Under the pieces are notes generated by a model. It did no database searches and was not told the origin of the DNA. It was given only the letters and a program-made list of their open reading frames with translations. The position numbers were made by a program, and so were the translations under genes. Below are positions 24,993-39,220 of a stretch of 64,000 bases of DNA, one piece after another (the first letter of the stretch is position 1; each line of letters starts with the position of its first letter). The DNA comes from Octopus vulgaris (taxonomy: Eukaryota), in assembly GCA_951406725.2 (NCBI GenBank), contig OX597814.1, positions 44,888,001-44,952,000 on the forward strand. The letters are read 5' to 3'.

Positions 24993-25803
24993 AAAGGAAA
25001 ATAGGGATTAAATAACCAGTTCGGTAAGCACTTCATGTAATAACTCCGGCTAACATTATGTCCTGTAAACAGTATAGTTATTCATGCAGATTATACCATG
25101 TGACAGACGCAGTCAGTAAATCCGACGATACCCACTAATTAATTAATTGGAATATTAATCACAGAGTATAACAGTCATGAAATAAAGAACGAAATGCATA
25201 CATATGATACTTTATTCATTCACATATGTTTCTGATGATTCAATAAGCTGAATCTATTACACACTATTGTTTGCATGCTTAATTGGTCAATTAATTGATT
25301 ACTTAATCAACTAATTTATGGAAAAGTGACCTCACGAAACTTTCTCGTCAGAGCTTAAAAGTATGTTTTGAATTATTGGAAGACAGATGCGAACGGAACT
25401 AGCGGAAGTGGGTAGATGATAGTAGATATATCAGATTTCTACTCATTATTTATTATTTCTATGCTGAGTTCATAACACATAGGTCTTATGAAATTTTAAT
25501 GAAGCTATGTCTGTGGAAAAGCATTTAAGAATGGTAAAAAAATAAAGGCTGTTTAATGTCTGTATTAGTATTCAATGCAAGACATAAGGTAATATATTGT
25601 TTTACTAAAATATTTGATAATTTCAAGCGAACAACTGTTAGATTGAATTCTATGCCATGGTCAACGACACCGCACCTAGAAATAGCCCGAAGGCGGTGGA
25701 GACTGCCTCAGAATTATGTTAGGGGTGTACGTGATTGCAGAGTACTCAACTATCTACACAGTAATGCAGATGCAAGCTAGCCAGTTGATCAAACAATTGA
25801 ACC

Positions 25804-25857
<54 letters not shown>

Positions 25858-25859
<2 letters not shown>

Positions 25860-25990
25860 TGAGAAAGCGGCATAATGTACTCCTTATTCCTTCGCAATTA
25901 GGACTATGCAGCCTTCGAAACATATGTCGAAAATAAAGGAATTTTGTTAATTCGTCGTTCAGCTCCATTCTTTCATATATTTATATATTT
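25858..25990 (+). mobile_element. Penelope-type pLTR fragment with 3' half of a hammerhead
   Basis: gccttc-GAAAC-ATAT-GTC at ~25911-25928 next to (TA)n; CTGANGA half missing. Confidence 0.45.
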
Positions 25991-26138
25991 TTTAAAATAA
26001 ACATACACATTTCCACACGAAAGCACGTAATCCATGCCCTAGGCACGTAACTTCAACCGTGTTTTTTCTGATGTGAATTTGCTACCCAGGTATCGGTTAA
26101 TTCGAATTATCCTTAATAAGATAATTCATTCAACTACT

Positions 26139-26208
<70 letters not shown>

Positions 26209-28134
26209 TGTATGTATGTATGTATGCATAGATGTTTTACTTCCGGATATCGAGTTCATTGCAGATATTAACTTGTTTTATGTCGCACATGATTGATTTG
26301 CTTTGTATAGTTTTAATGAACACCAATTTCTGGAAGTACTTTTTAGATTTAGCTATTGGCTTAATATATATACTATACGTTTTAGTATGCACTGTATCTT
26401 ATTCTGTTTGCGCTTGTTGGTGCGACTTTATTGTGTGGTATAGTATTATTATGTTTGATTTCACTTTCTTTTGAGCGAATATTATGTATTTATTATTTGA
26501 CTTACTGCTTGCACTTTTGTTTTTCCAAAATGTTTTGTTTAATATTACTTAAATCCTAAATGTAATGGAGTAGTATTTCATTGAACATGTTTTCTTTGTT
26601 CGTATCTTTGTTATTTAATGCGTACATCTCTCTTTGTGACGCATAATACGATTCAATATCTTCAGTGACATTTTTCTGTAGTTATTTGTAGATTTGCTAA
26701 CATTCGTTTTTGCTCACGACAGCTGCATCTGTAGCATGCGCGTACATTTTTTTTATTTCTGCTGAGGTGCTTCACTTGATCAGAATATCTGCGAGATATT
26801 TTATCTTGGTATTGAGTTTCCTGCTTTGATTTTAAAAGTTTCACTGCTTTTGTTGTTTAATTTTCACAGCATTAGTTATGGTGATTAGGAATGTAATATA
26901 CAATTCAGGTTGCAAACCTCATCTTATTGTTGACGTTGCTTTGGAAATTAACATTTTCTTTTACCACATCTAACTCCAGGAAACATTTCTGAACGTTTAG
27001 CATTTTAAAATTACTGCTATCAGAGGTATAAAAACCTCTACAGCAGACTAGACAGATATGAGGGACCACATCTGTTAGTAGTGTTAAGCCTGAAGGCTAG
27101 AGCAATTAGAACTAAAGTCATTGCTTCTTTCGCCCCTGGTATGAAAAACATACATAATATATATGTAGAAAATGTTTCGAGTAGTATTGTGAAAACATTT
27201 TCACAAGCCTTAGGAAATAATGCATTGCTAGTTAAATAATTGCCGATTATTGGAATTGGCTGGAAAGCAATCTAATGTACATTATTAACACATGTCACTC
27301 TCAACTATATTTGCGATTTGCCATTTCTTCAGCAACAGATTGTTATTTGCACACAGGATGCTGCATTATATAATCAGCATTATAATATGTATTTTTGACT
27401 TCGTTGTGGCAGTCAGTTTCTAATGTCACCTTTCTTTAGATATATTATCGGCAAAAATTTTAATCTAAACACGTTACGTGATTCATTCTTTAGGGTGTAA
27501 CGGTTAGACACAGTAAGAAGCTTGTTTCATATTCATATATTCAGAATATATTTACTTCTATATTACATGTCTGTGATTCTATGTACAATTCTACGTCTTA
27601 ATATATTACATTACGCGTTGTCATTGTGGTTGAGAAGAACATTTCTGACTACACCATCACAGTAAATATTGTCGTTTGTTGTAATAAGATTGGGCAGCTC
27701 GTAAATGAATATACATCACTCGTATTAAAATGAAACAAATGCTTTAGGATACTATTTTTAGTAGTTATTCTAACATTGCGGTGCTACATTAATATTTCTA
27801 GAGTAATAACCCATATAAATGCTGGTTGTTATGTTGGATGACTTCTCAACTCAGGTTTTACATTACTAAGAGAGAGAAAAGAGAGATACAAAGAAGGTCA
27901 GCATAAGGCGCAGAATGAGGGTGATAACTTGCTGAACCATATGACAGGTAACACAATATGCGCGTTTGTGCGAGTGTGTGCGCCCGCGCGCGCGTGTGCA
28001 TGTGTGTGTGTGTGTGTGTGTGTGTATGCGTGGCACCTTGCGCAAGCTTTAAACTTAATCCTTCCTTCATGATTGTGAAAGTTTCTGTGCTTGGCAACTG
28101 TGCCTGCTATTTTAGTTGCTGTCATTGGGAAGCT

Positions 28135-29050
28135 AGCGAAGACATTGGCAACAATCCTAAAACTTGCAAATGAGATCGGAACGATTGTCTCCGATGTCAT
28201 CAATATTGCAAATGAAATATTCCGAGAGAATATGTTTTTTTTTTCTGTACATTTGTTTATTTTGGCATTCAATCCATTTCCATTTCTTCCACTGAAATCC
28301 AAACTTCTGTTAGAGTCTGCTACTACTAGAAATCCCAATGTGACCCATAATTTCTTTGTAGATGATCTGAAGATCAATGAAAAGACTGTTAACGATGGCA
28401 AAAACGGCTTGAATTTTGTGAAATCAATTGTTCGTATTTAATAACTGAATTTGGAAAGTCAGTCATCCAAACCCATCTCTCCTGCTCCACTCAAAAGAAT
28501 TCTACAAATACCTATTTCTTTATCACCCACAAGGGGCCAAACATAGAGGGGACAAACAAGGACAGACATAGGTATTAAGTCGATTACATCGACCGCAGTG
28601 CGAAACTGGTACTTAATTTATCGACCCCGAAAGGATGAAAGGCAAAGTCGACCTCGGCGGAATTTGAGCTCACAATGTAACGGCAGACGAAATACAGCTA
28701 AGCATTTCGCCCGGCGGGCTAACGTTTCAGCCAGTTCGCCGCCTTATTCTGCAAATACCGAGACATTGAAGGCAATAGACCATACGAAGATACTGTGAAC
28801 AAAGACATACTGACTCAAGAATATTACACCAGACATATCCCGCAATTCATTTGCTGCAATCCAACATTTGGGATACTTGATTGGTCTATGGAGGAGATCT
28901 ATGCCATAGATATTAAAACCCGCAATATCCTGATATCGACAGAAAACTTCCATAGGAACAGTGATACAGACAGGCTATACCTAAGGAGAGACAAAGAGGA
29001 TAGACGCTTAAGATCCAAGAATACAGCGTTTGAATAACATCTAGCAACAA
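28135..29050 (+). mobile_element. R4/Dong-type LINE RT fragment interrupted by a SINE
   Basis: SVHLFILAFNP..THNFFVDDLK (RT motifs); after the SINE, PTFGILDWSMEEIYAIDIKTRNIL..HRNSDTDRLYLRR. Confidence 0.8.
28510..28746 (-). mobile_element. Well-preserved SINE (Nin/Deu-like core)
   Basis: Minus head aaggcggcgaactggctgaaacgttag, box B-like gagctcaaattcc, core ctttcatcctttcggggtcgataaattaagtacc. Confidence 0.85.
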
Positions 29051-29166
29051 TGTCATATAACATTGTTTAAGTTATCTACACTCCAATGACGGAGATTTGC
29101 ATCTTTGTTAGAGTCCAGCACTTTTCTTATAGGTAGTATTCAAATAATTCAAAATAGAAAATAACA

Positions 29167-29228
<62 letters not shown>

Positions 29229-29856
29229 TATATGTACTTGTAGTTATTGTCTTTTCATATCATGGCCAGATGTAACGACTCTTGTCTTATCAGACAAGAC
29301 TAGTGGAGAGTCAGTCCATCTATGTTGTAAACACAGAAAATATGTGTTAAGTGGGGAACAATGTAATGAAGGCGATGATTATAATAATACCAATTGGCAT
29401 AAATGTGTGTATATGTATGAATGTGTGTGTTAGTATAAGTACAGTGTACTAGGTGCAACAGTTTCACAGAAAGATATACGAGGAAACAGAATGGATAGAG
29501 CTAGAACGTCTTTGACTGTAGCTGTACTTTGTTATGGTGTCTTAAGAGTTAAGCGATGTCGACGCACCATCATATTTGTCAATGGATTAAGAGATAAGTA
29601 TGGCGTCTAATCTGTAGTTGCTCCTTAAATTTAGTTACAAATATTTCACAGAAATATATACTTTCTCTAAATCCCAGACTGCAGCCTGTCTTCAGTCAGC
29701 CATAATAACTAGAGTTATTATAACATTCAGAATCTGTACTTCACATTTTCCATCTCGCTAAATTGTCTATAACCAGATTTCTTCTTCATAACCATAAGTT
29801 GTTTCACAAAATAAAATTGTTATTCATTTTGTTTTCTACTTTATCACAACCTTTTT

Positions 29857-29870
29857 AATAATAATAATAA

Positions 29871-29901
<31 letters not shown>

Positions 29902-29955
29902 GCAACAACAAAACAACAATAACACCACTACCACCACCACCAACGACAACAACAA

Positions 29956-30042
<87 letters not shown>

Positions 30043-30063
30043 TAATAATAATAATAGTAATAG

Positions 30064-30115
<52 letters not shown>

Positions 30116-30117
30116 AT
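29857..30117. repeat. Compound (AAT)n/(CAA)n/(CTA)n/(ATT)n microsatellite
   Basis: Directly visible; (AAT)n switches to (ATT)n at ~30076. Confidence 0.95.
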
Positions 30118-31110
30118 GACGGTTATTTTATTTTATTTGAACACTTGGTTGATTGGTAGAAACAGAAACCTCTGCATGGCAAATATGTAGCCCGTAGCAA
30201 ACAAGCTGATGTAGACCGGAAGCACACCCATCAGTGGCTACGGAGCTCAGGGCTAAAGGCAGAGAGTGAAAGCTTTATCTTGGCTGCTCAAGATCAGAGA
30301 TTATTGACCCGGAACAATCAAGCCAATGTGATGAAAAATGGTGTAGACCCAAAATGCCGATACTTCAATGATGGGATAGAAACACTGGCCCACCTAACAT
30401 CTGGATGTTAGGTTTTAGAATCTGTCGACTACAAATCATGACATGGCAGAGTTGGCTAATATCTACATTGGATGATGTGTCGGCATTATAAAATCAAAAC
30501 TGCTGACAAATGGTACAAGCACCAATCTGATCCTGTAGCTGAGGGAGAAAATGTAATGATTATTTGGGACTTCCCTGAATGTACAGGCCGGACCATCAAA
30601 GCAAATAAACCAGATATTGTTGTGAAAGACCAAAACAATAAAGTTTGTTTATTGATTGACATGAGCATACCCTGTGACCATAATATCTCGGGAAAAGAAT
30701 TTGATAAGCTCAGAAAACAAAGGTTTGCTCATCGAAATCGAAAAGAGTTGGCATCTCAAGACGGTTACAATACCATTGATTGTAGGAGCACTTGGAACGA
30801 TAAAAAAAAGTAACTTAAAATTATTTAAGAGTGAACCCTGGCTTAACAACCATTCGGGAAGTGCAAAAGATTGTCTTAACTGTTGCGTCACACGCTGTGA
30901 ATTTTCTTTCCTTTTCTCCGCCTTTATTTTATTTGTTTACTTCATTATTTTTTCCTTTTTCTTTCTGTGTTTCCGTTTTCCTCTGTTACATAACATTGTA
31001 AATGAACAACTTGGTGTGTTTATTTCAATGGCGTACCAATATATATAGTACGCTTCTCTGCCCTAGGTACCAGGAAGTCACTCGGCAAGAAATGGAAACA
31101 ACATTGAAAG
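30118..31110 (+). mobile_element. R4/Dong-type LINE 3' portion (zinc knuckle + REL)
   Basis: LHGKY..HQWLRSSGLKAESESFILAAQDQ..KCR; IIWDFP..IKANKPDIVVKD..CLLIDMSIP. Confidence 0.9.
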
Positions 31111-31212
31111 AACACAATTAAATGCGCGATAAAAACAAAACAAATGAAGGAGGTAAACACCTGCTAATATATACAAACTGCACAATTACAAAAACTGTAG
31201 ACCACAGCAAAA

Positions 31213-31586
31213 TAGAATAGGAAGCCAAACAAACTATGCTGGATCATAAGTATAGCATGCCCAGCTGACAATAAGGTATGCGATAAGGAAGAAAGAAAAG
31301 TTGAGAGATATGACTGGTTAGCTTGGAAAGTTAAGCAGTTGTGGTTGATGAAAAAGGTAGCAGAAGTACCGATAATTGTCGAAGCCCTGGGAACAGTGAG
31401 TAAAAATTTTGAGAAGTACGTGGAACAAATATGGGCTGCAATAAGGGTGGAGCACTTGCAGAAAATGGCACCGCTTGGAACCGCACGAATACTCCGGAAG
31501 TGCTCGAAAAATAAGTGGTGTTATCTTAGTTAACTGGTAGTTGACACTATAGTACATCTCCAGCATTAGAAGCTGTGCAAAGGCAA
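31213..31586 (+). mobile_element. R4/Dong-type LINE 3' end
   Basis: VPIIVEALGTVSKNFEKY..; same family as 33670-34068; followed by (AAC/AAT)n. Confidence 0.85.
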
Positions 31587-31636
31587 TGATAATAACAGCA
31601 ACAATAACAACAACAGCAACAACAACAATAACAGCA

Positions 31637-31702
<66 letters not shown>

Positions 31703-31804
31703 TGTGAAAACTTTATCTTTCTTTTTCCCCAGCTACCCGAATATGTAAACATGGCTTTTATTGTAACAACTCAATTAAATGCACGATAAAAAACAAAAAT
31801 ATAC

Positions 31805-32383
31805 TCACAGACACGACAGAGTTGGGACCTACATACACTGGAAGCTATGTCAACATTATGGGATAACAATAGAAAGAAGATGGTATAGGCACACACCAGA
31901 AAAGGTCACAGAAAACGAGAAAGCAACCATACTCTGGGATATGCCAATACACACAGATACAGAAATTAAGGCCAACAGACCAGATATAGTTGTCAGAGAT
32001 TATGAAGAAAAAATGCTTTCTAATTGATGTATCAATACCAGCAGATGATAACGTGTCACTAAAAGAAATGGAGAAACTTTCAAAATACAAATACCTGGAA
32101 ATAGAGGTAATTCGAATGTGGAATCTAAAAACAGAAACAATTCCTACCATAGTAGGTGCATTAGGCATGATAAAAAAATATTCAGACAAATACATAACAA
32201 AAACACTAGGACTTACAAACACATATAACACCGAAAATTGCTCTACTGGGCACTGCCCATATCCTACGCAAAGCACTTTAAATACAATAAACATCAGAGC
32301 ATCACAACAAAACACAGCACATACCCAAGGCACACAGAGCTGCGCTCGGTAGTGAAGTGAAGCACACTATGAAAATGAAACTA

Positions 32384-32388
<5 letters not shown>
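31805..32388 (+). mobile_element. R4/Dong-type LINE 3' end (REL)
   Basis: RHDRVGTYIHWKLC..ILWDMPIHTDTEIKANRPDIVV / CFLIDVSIPADDNVSLKEMEKLSKY; (AAT)n tail. Confidence 0.92.
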
Positions 32389-32449
<61 letters not shown>

Positions 32450-32736
32450 TCTCTGTTCGGACATATAAAAGATCATCTTTAGTAAATTTTAAAACTTTAG
32501 TATCTGCAATTTTGTGTGAAAATTTTATCTTTCTTCTTCCCCGGCTTCCCGAATATGTAAACATGGCTTTTATTCTAACAACTCAATTAAATGCACGATA
32601 AAAAACAAAAATTTTAGGGTGTAGCACCTGCCAATATGTATAAACTGCACAATTACAAAAACTGTAAACCACAGCAAAACTTATAAAAAAGAAGAACAGA
32701 AAAATTTCAAAGAAAATAAATTCAAAAATTCAACGA

Positions 32737-32795
<59 letters not shown>

Positions 32796-32805
32796 TATAT
32801 ATATA

Positions 32806-34068
32806 TCCTGATTGCCAATTATGTCGTAATTATTGACTGGAATAGTCGCAGAGTCAATGTACGGACATCTAGAAAAAATGGAATCCTCGCACATGAGCAG
32901 AAGGCTTGCAAGCATAAGTGCAGATGCGCCAAGGATCCACTCCTGGTAAACAAAACTGTACTTAGTGACTGCAAGAGGAGGAAATCTAACTTAGCCATGT
33001 CAGGGATCGATAATCGTAAGACGTACGATATAATCTCACATTCTTGGATTATGGAATGTATGAAGCTATTTGGTATTGCCTGAAATGTTGAGCGATTGCT
33101 TGGAAAAAATATGGCGAAGTGGAAGACGGAATTGAAAGTTAATATTAGAAGTAAGAAGGTCAGGCTTGTGTAGGTTGGAAGATTGCATAGATAAAGCACT
33201 GTACAAGCACTTGAGAATGAAGGTATCTGAAAACAGGTGGGTTAAGAAAAGAATGCTTGGACAATTTCATAGGGACGTTGAAGATGAGACAGAGAAAAAA
33301 GATGGCTGTGAATGACTAAAAGTGATTTAAAACCGGAAACCGAGGCTCTAATTTGTGCTGCCCAAGAGCAAGCACTAAGAACGAATTACATCAAATACAG
33401 AATAGACAACACATCAGAAAGTGATAAGTGCAGATTCTGTGGACAAAATTATGAAACCGTATGGCATATTACCAGTCAATGTACGCCACTAGCTCAGAAA
33501 GAATACAAGAGACGCCACGGCAATATAGCCAGGCTTGTCAATTGGACACTTTGCAACAAGTATGGGCATGACAGAGCAAAAACATTGGTACGACCACAAA
33601 GCTGAAGGCATCGTCGAAAATAAAAATGCAAAGATCCTATAGGATTTTATGATTCAGTGCGACCTTGAGATAGAGAATAGGAAGCCAGACATAGTGTTAA
33701 TTGAGAAAGAAAACAAACTATGATAGATCATAGAGATAGCATGCCCAGCTGACAACAAGGTATGCGATAAGGAAGAAAGAAAAATCGAAAGATATGACAG
33801 GTTAGCTTGGGAAGTTAAGCAGTTGTGGTCGATGTAAAAGGTAGCAGTTGTACCGATAATTGTCGGAGCCCTGGGAACAGTGAGCAAAAATTTCGAGAAG
33901 TACGTGGAACAAATCGGTGCTGCAGTAAGGGTGGATCACTTGCAGAAAACAACACTGCTTGGAATACTCTGGAAGGTGGTCGAAAAATAAGAGGTGTTAC
34001 TTTAGTTCACTAGTAGTGAATAGCTGGCACCGTAGTACATCCCCAGCGATAGAAGCTGTGCAAAGGCA
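32806..34068 (+). mobile_element. R4/Dong-type LINE, internally deleted (RT part + CCHC + REL)
   Basis: EQKACK..KDPLLVNKTVL..IDNRKTYDIISHSWI; ETEALICAAQEQALRTNY..CRFCGQNYETVWHITSQC; KPDIVL; followed by (AAT)/(GAT)n. Confidence 0.92.
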
Positions 34069-34077
34069 ATAATAATA

Positions 34078-34495
<418 letters not shown>

Positions 34496-35037
34496 TAATA
34501 ATAATAATAATGGTCATACATATCAGACAGTGGCTGTAATGGCTTCTGATATCAATTGACTGAAGGTGTTAACATGTACATGTTCTGTTTTGTTGTAAAA
34601 GATGGAGTGGGGCAAATATTCAACTCAATACTGAAGATTTGCTTGTAAGTTCCTTAATGAGTTCAGGATGTCTCTTAGTGGCTGACGATATGTGCATCTC
34701 TAATCACGTGCAAGAGTAGTGGAGGATAATCATAGTCATGTGTTGAGAGGAATCCTTTCAGGTTTGAATAATTCGTCCATGGAAACATAGATGTTTCGTT
34801 CATCGTTCTTACCCATATTCAGGGACCTTTTGAAGGGGGTGAGCCACTAGACCTAAAGATATTTCCAACTGAACGCTACCTGCAAGGTCATGTGCTGTTT
34901 ATGTGGTATTGCGCACATGTGGTTGTGATACATATGCATGATTTACCCTTATCAGTCGGGTAATCATGATGTGTATATTGGGTTTTGCATATTTGTACCC
35001 CGGCGTAACTTTGATTCCGTATGCTGCTCTCTCATTC

Positions 35038-35117
<80 letters not shown>

Positions 35118-35662
35118 ACCAAAACCTTTTGAGGCTGCCTCAGTCACTGCTTCGGTTAAGTCGTTTTCAATGTAGCGAAATTTCTGTAGAAAGAAATGCA
35201 TTTCTATACTAAGCATAGTAAACATGGATCCCACCACTTATATTTCTACTAAATCTCATTATTCTCTATCCATTTATCAAAAGAAATTTTTTCAGAAGAA
35301 AAATACGAAAAAAATTAGCGATATAGCCGACTTGAACAACAACAAAAGTAATATAGCAGACAACAGGGGAAAATATATCACCTTTCTTTAGTCGTTAACG
35401 TATCTAAACTCAGATAAAAACGTATTCAATATCACCATGATGGTAATTGATACTATTCTTCTTCTTAAAAAATGTTCGCTTTATCACAATGTAGGAACAT
35501 ATAATACCGATATTTGTTTCTTATACATGCTTATCATTTTTCTTCCTATTCTCTTTGGTCTGCGATGAAATAAGATTTGGAGACTGTTGATTGCAAATGG
35601 TGTTCAACAACATTGCTTTTGAATATTATTGTTCATACGTATATACCTATGTACACACCCAC

Positions 35663-35748
<86 letters not shown>

Positions 35749-35760
35749 ATATTATGTCTA

Positions 35761-35825
<65 letters not shown>

Positions 35826-36320
35826 GGATATAGATATAATAAAGACATAAGTTAAATAAAGGCATGTGACAGATATGTGTGTTTCTCTGTGTGTGTACAT
35901 ATTCATCCACACTCACACAGAAACGAATATGTATTCGTTAATGATGTGTATGTATGTGAATTTGGAAGAACAAACGAGAGAAAACATTACTCAGTATATG
36001 CAGTAAAGAACTTACATTTAATCAATGTTCAGGTTTCACACAATCGCTGTTCCAGGTCTGCTATTACTATCATGCTGATTGTTAAAATATTCTAGTTTCG
36101 AAGTGCTTGAAATTGTTTTAATTCGACATAGTCTAGTTTATTGAGTGTGACGAAATGTACTGTTTATAGCTGCCCATTTGTACATGAAAATAACCTCATG
36201 CGTGGTTGTAAGATGGCGATTAAACGGCAAGTAGACCCAATGCATAAGTACGAAAATAACTTGCATATTAATACTATGTATAGCTGTAACTGACATCGTT
36301 AAAATCTTCTTGGTTCAAGC

Positions 36321-36370
<50 letters not shown>

Positions 36371-36413
36371 TAATAATGATAATAATAATAATGACAACAA
36401 CAACAATAACAAC

Positions 36414-36472
<59 letters not shown>

Positions 36473-36500
36473 TAATAATAATAATAATAATAATAATAAT

Positions 36501-37120
36501 AGTGGGAACACAATCCACCTCCAGTGCATCTCACTCCTCTGGAACTTCACCATTCAAACTGAGAGGAAGATAGATGCAAATAGGCCAGACATCATATTGA
36601 AAGACTTCAGACAAAGAACATGCCTCCTCATTGATATGACTGTCCCAATCGATATAAACGTATCTGTCAAGACCTACCAAAAACTGAGCAAATATAAAGA
36701 TCTTGAAATAGAAATCAGCAAAATGTGGAAGCTGAAGACTAAAACAATACCTGTTGTCATAGGTGCCCTGGGAATGATAGCGAAAGGGACTAATTGCTAC
36801 CTAACTCAGATACCAGGAAACCCCAAAATGGCAGAAATTCAAAAGATAGTGCTCATGGGAACTGCTCATATCCTACGCAAAATACTCTCTATGTAATCCC
36901 AAGGTTTAAAACAAACTTTTTTTATTTATTTATTTTTTTTATTTTATTTTATTTTTTTTTTTTTTTTAATTTTATTCTTATGTATTAGACACTCATTAGT
37001 ACAACACCAAAAAAAAACCCAAATATATGGCACAGAACTTCCAACCTGTTGTCTATTGAGGTCTCTGGGTGAGACTTGGAGCCAACTTGTACAGACATAA
37101 AGCAAAACTCAAACATAGAA
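36501..37120 (+). mobile_element. R4/Dong-type LINE 3' end (distinct family)
   Basis: ANRPDIILKDFRQRTCLLIDMTVP..KYKDLEIEISKMWKLKTKTIPVVIGALG..LRKILSM*; between (AAT)n tracts. Confidence 0.92.
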
Positions 37121-37152
37121 TAATGATAATAATAATAATAATAATAATAATA

Positions 37153-38640
37153 ATGGGTTACCGATGTGGGAAGAAAAGTCCATCATCATTGAAAGATCTT
37201 CTGTTTATGGATGACCTGAAATTGTTTGGGAAATCTAAAAAAACAGATAGATTCCTTAACCAAAAATAGTCCAGAAGTGTGGTAAGAACATCGGTATGGA
37301 ATTTTGGATTACCAAATGCTCAGTACTTAATATGAAAAAAGGGAAGAAAGCAGCCTACAGAAGAACGCGTTTACCATCAGGAAAGACCATGGGTGAACCC
37401 GACGGTAGTGAGTATAGATATTTAGGGATTTTGGCGCTGGATAACATTCTCCACAGAGAAATGAAAGTCAAGGTCAGCGCGGCGTATCAAAAAAAGGATG
37501 CAGATGGTGTTGAAATCCAACCTGAATGCCAAACATTTGATTACCGCAATGAATATCTGGGCAGTTAACAGTTGTCAGATATAGTGCGTCTATCTTCAAA
37601 TGGACTAAGGAGAAAATATCAACACTGGATAGGAGGACGAGAAAGCTGCTGCTGCTGCATGGGGCGCTACACCCTAAAGCAAACATAAACAGACTATATA
37701 TGAAAAGAAAGAATGGTGACAAAGGATTAATTATTATAGAACATTGTATGAGGGTGTAAATGCAGATGAAATGAAGAGTTTAACCAACGAGATGAGAAGA
37801 GAAAAGAAGACCTTCTTGATATGAGAATACATGGACAGTTTGAAAGGAATACACAAGACGTTAAGGATAATACAGCATCGTGGGTATGGCTTGAACGAGA
37901 TGATTTGAAGCATACCACCAAAAGCCTGATCATTGCTGCACAAGACCAGGCTCTCGCTACTAATTCAGTGAAGTATAACATCTATAAAACTTCTGACACC
38001 CAGAAATGCAGACTCTATGGAAAGAGTGTGGAAAATGGGATCCACTTGGTAAGTGGATGTGAGAGCCTTGCACAAAAAGAATACAAGCGCCGCCACGATA
38101 AAGTATGTGTGTATCTTCATGGGCCCTTATACCGTAAATACCAATATGAAGTATGAGCATGTGACAAGTAAAGTTATGCAGGATGTTGTGTTGGGAAAGT
38201 AACGATACTCTAGGACTATGATTTTCATACGGATAGTGTAATCGGACACCATCGACTGGATATTGACTTATTGAATAAGAGAGACAAATACTGCCAGATC
38301 ATTGATGTAACCACACCAAATGACATGAATGCTGTGAGTAAAGAGGTTGAAAAAATCAACAAGTGCTCCGAATTGAAAGTGGGAATGGCAAGACTCTATG
38401 GCATGCGGGAGGGTAATGCAAAAGTGGTTCCAATGGTGATCGGAGCGTTGGGCTCAATCCCATTGAAACTTCAAGACTTCTTAAGGCAACTGCAAATCCC
38501 ATACAGGATGGATATCTTGCAAAAAGCAGTCTTATTGAGCACAGCGCACAACTTAGAGTATCATCTGTCTGAGGTCCCTGTAACTTGACAGATGACTAAA
38601 GATTCGGGTGCATTTTTACTTACACTGTATTAAGAAGGAA
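37153..38640 (+). mobile_element. R4/Dong-type LINE, RT C-half to 3' end (distinct family)
   Basis: LLFMDDLKLFGK; HPKANINRLY; SLIIAAQDQALATN..CRL..HLVSGC; IIDVTTP..VVPMVIGALG; between (AAT)n tracts. Confidence 0.92.
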
Positions 38641-38675
38641 TAATAATAATAACAACAACAACAACAACAACAATG

Positions 38676-38736
<61 letters not shown>

Positions 38737-39119
38737 TAATAATAATAATCCAACTACAGATTAAGTTAAAACAGCTTTAATCTATCATTAGGGCAGCATT
38801 TTCTGTACTGTCTAACCGTAGCAATAAATACTATGAATAGCATATTGCAGCTTGTGGTGAGAGCTCATTAGCAATTTTGTAGAAAAAATTCTTTAGTGTA
38901 ACTTGAACTTACTAATATCTCTTCGATTCATAGCATAGCTTTTATTATATAATTATAGCCGAGTTAATAGAGCTCAGTTTGAAGTTTTGTACAGTTTTTA
39001 ATGCTAATATTTGGTCTAAGACCTGCATGTACAAAGGGATAAAATTTTGCTTCTATCACTGTTGCACACAACAAATTTTCAAGAGGATTGCTTCCGATAC
39101 AGTACGCAACCCGGACTAA

Positions 39120-39220
39120 TCGATGAACTTAGCCAAGAACAATGGCATTACCTCCTCCTTACTTTACAGACCTGATCCTTTACCAATTTTGTTTTTGCGG
39201 ATACCTCAACTAATTATTCA
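39120..39220 (+). pseudogene. Tiny Tc1/mariner-family transposase remnant (tentative)
   Basis: PPPYFTDLILYQFCFCGYL resembles WPPxSPDLxPxDFFLWGYLK. Confidence 0.3.

Noticed and set aside
25222-25351. CTGANGA...GAAAC motifs on both strands (apparent bidirectional hammerhead)
   Set aside because: Stem II closing pair fails on both strands and the minus site is GUG; at best a decayed pLTR.
27020-27130. Run of short hairpins suggesting an ncRNA
   Set aside because: Stems only 5-6 bp, no box motifs identified; expected by chance.
27898-28401. 167-aa minus ORF
   Set aside because: Antisense shadow of the plus-strand Dong RT fragment plus a microsatellite.
29266-29322. Nested hairpin resembling a minus-strand hammerhead
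   Set aside because: Three core mismatches (CTGATAA, GTTAC); cannot be supported.
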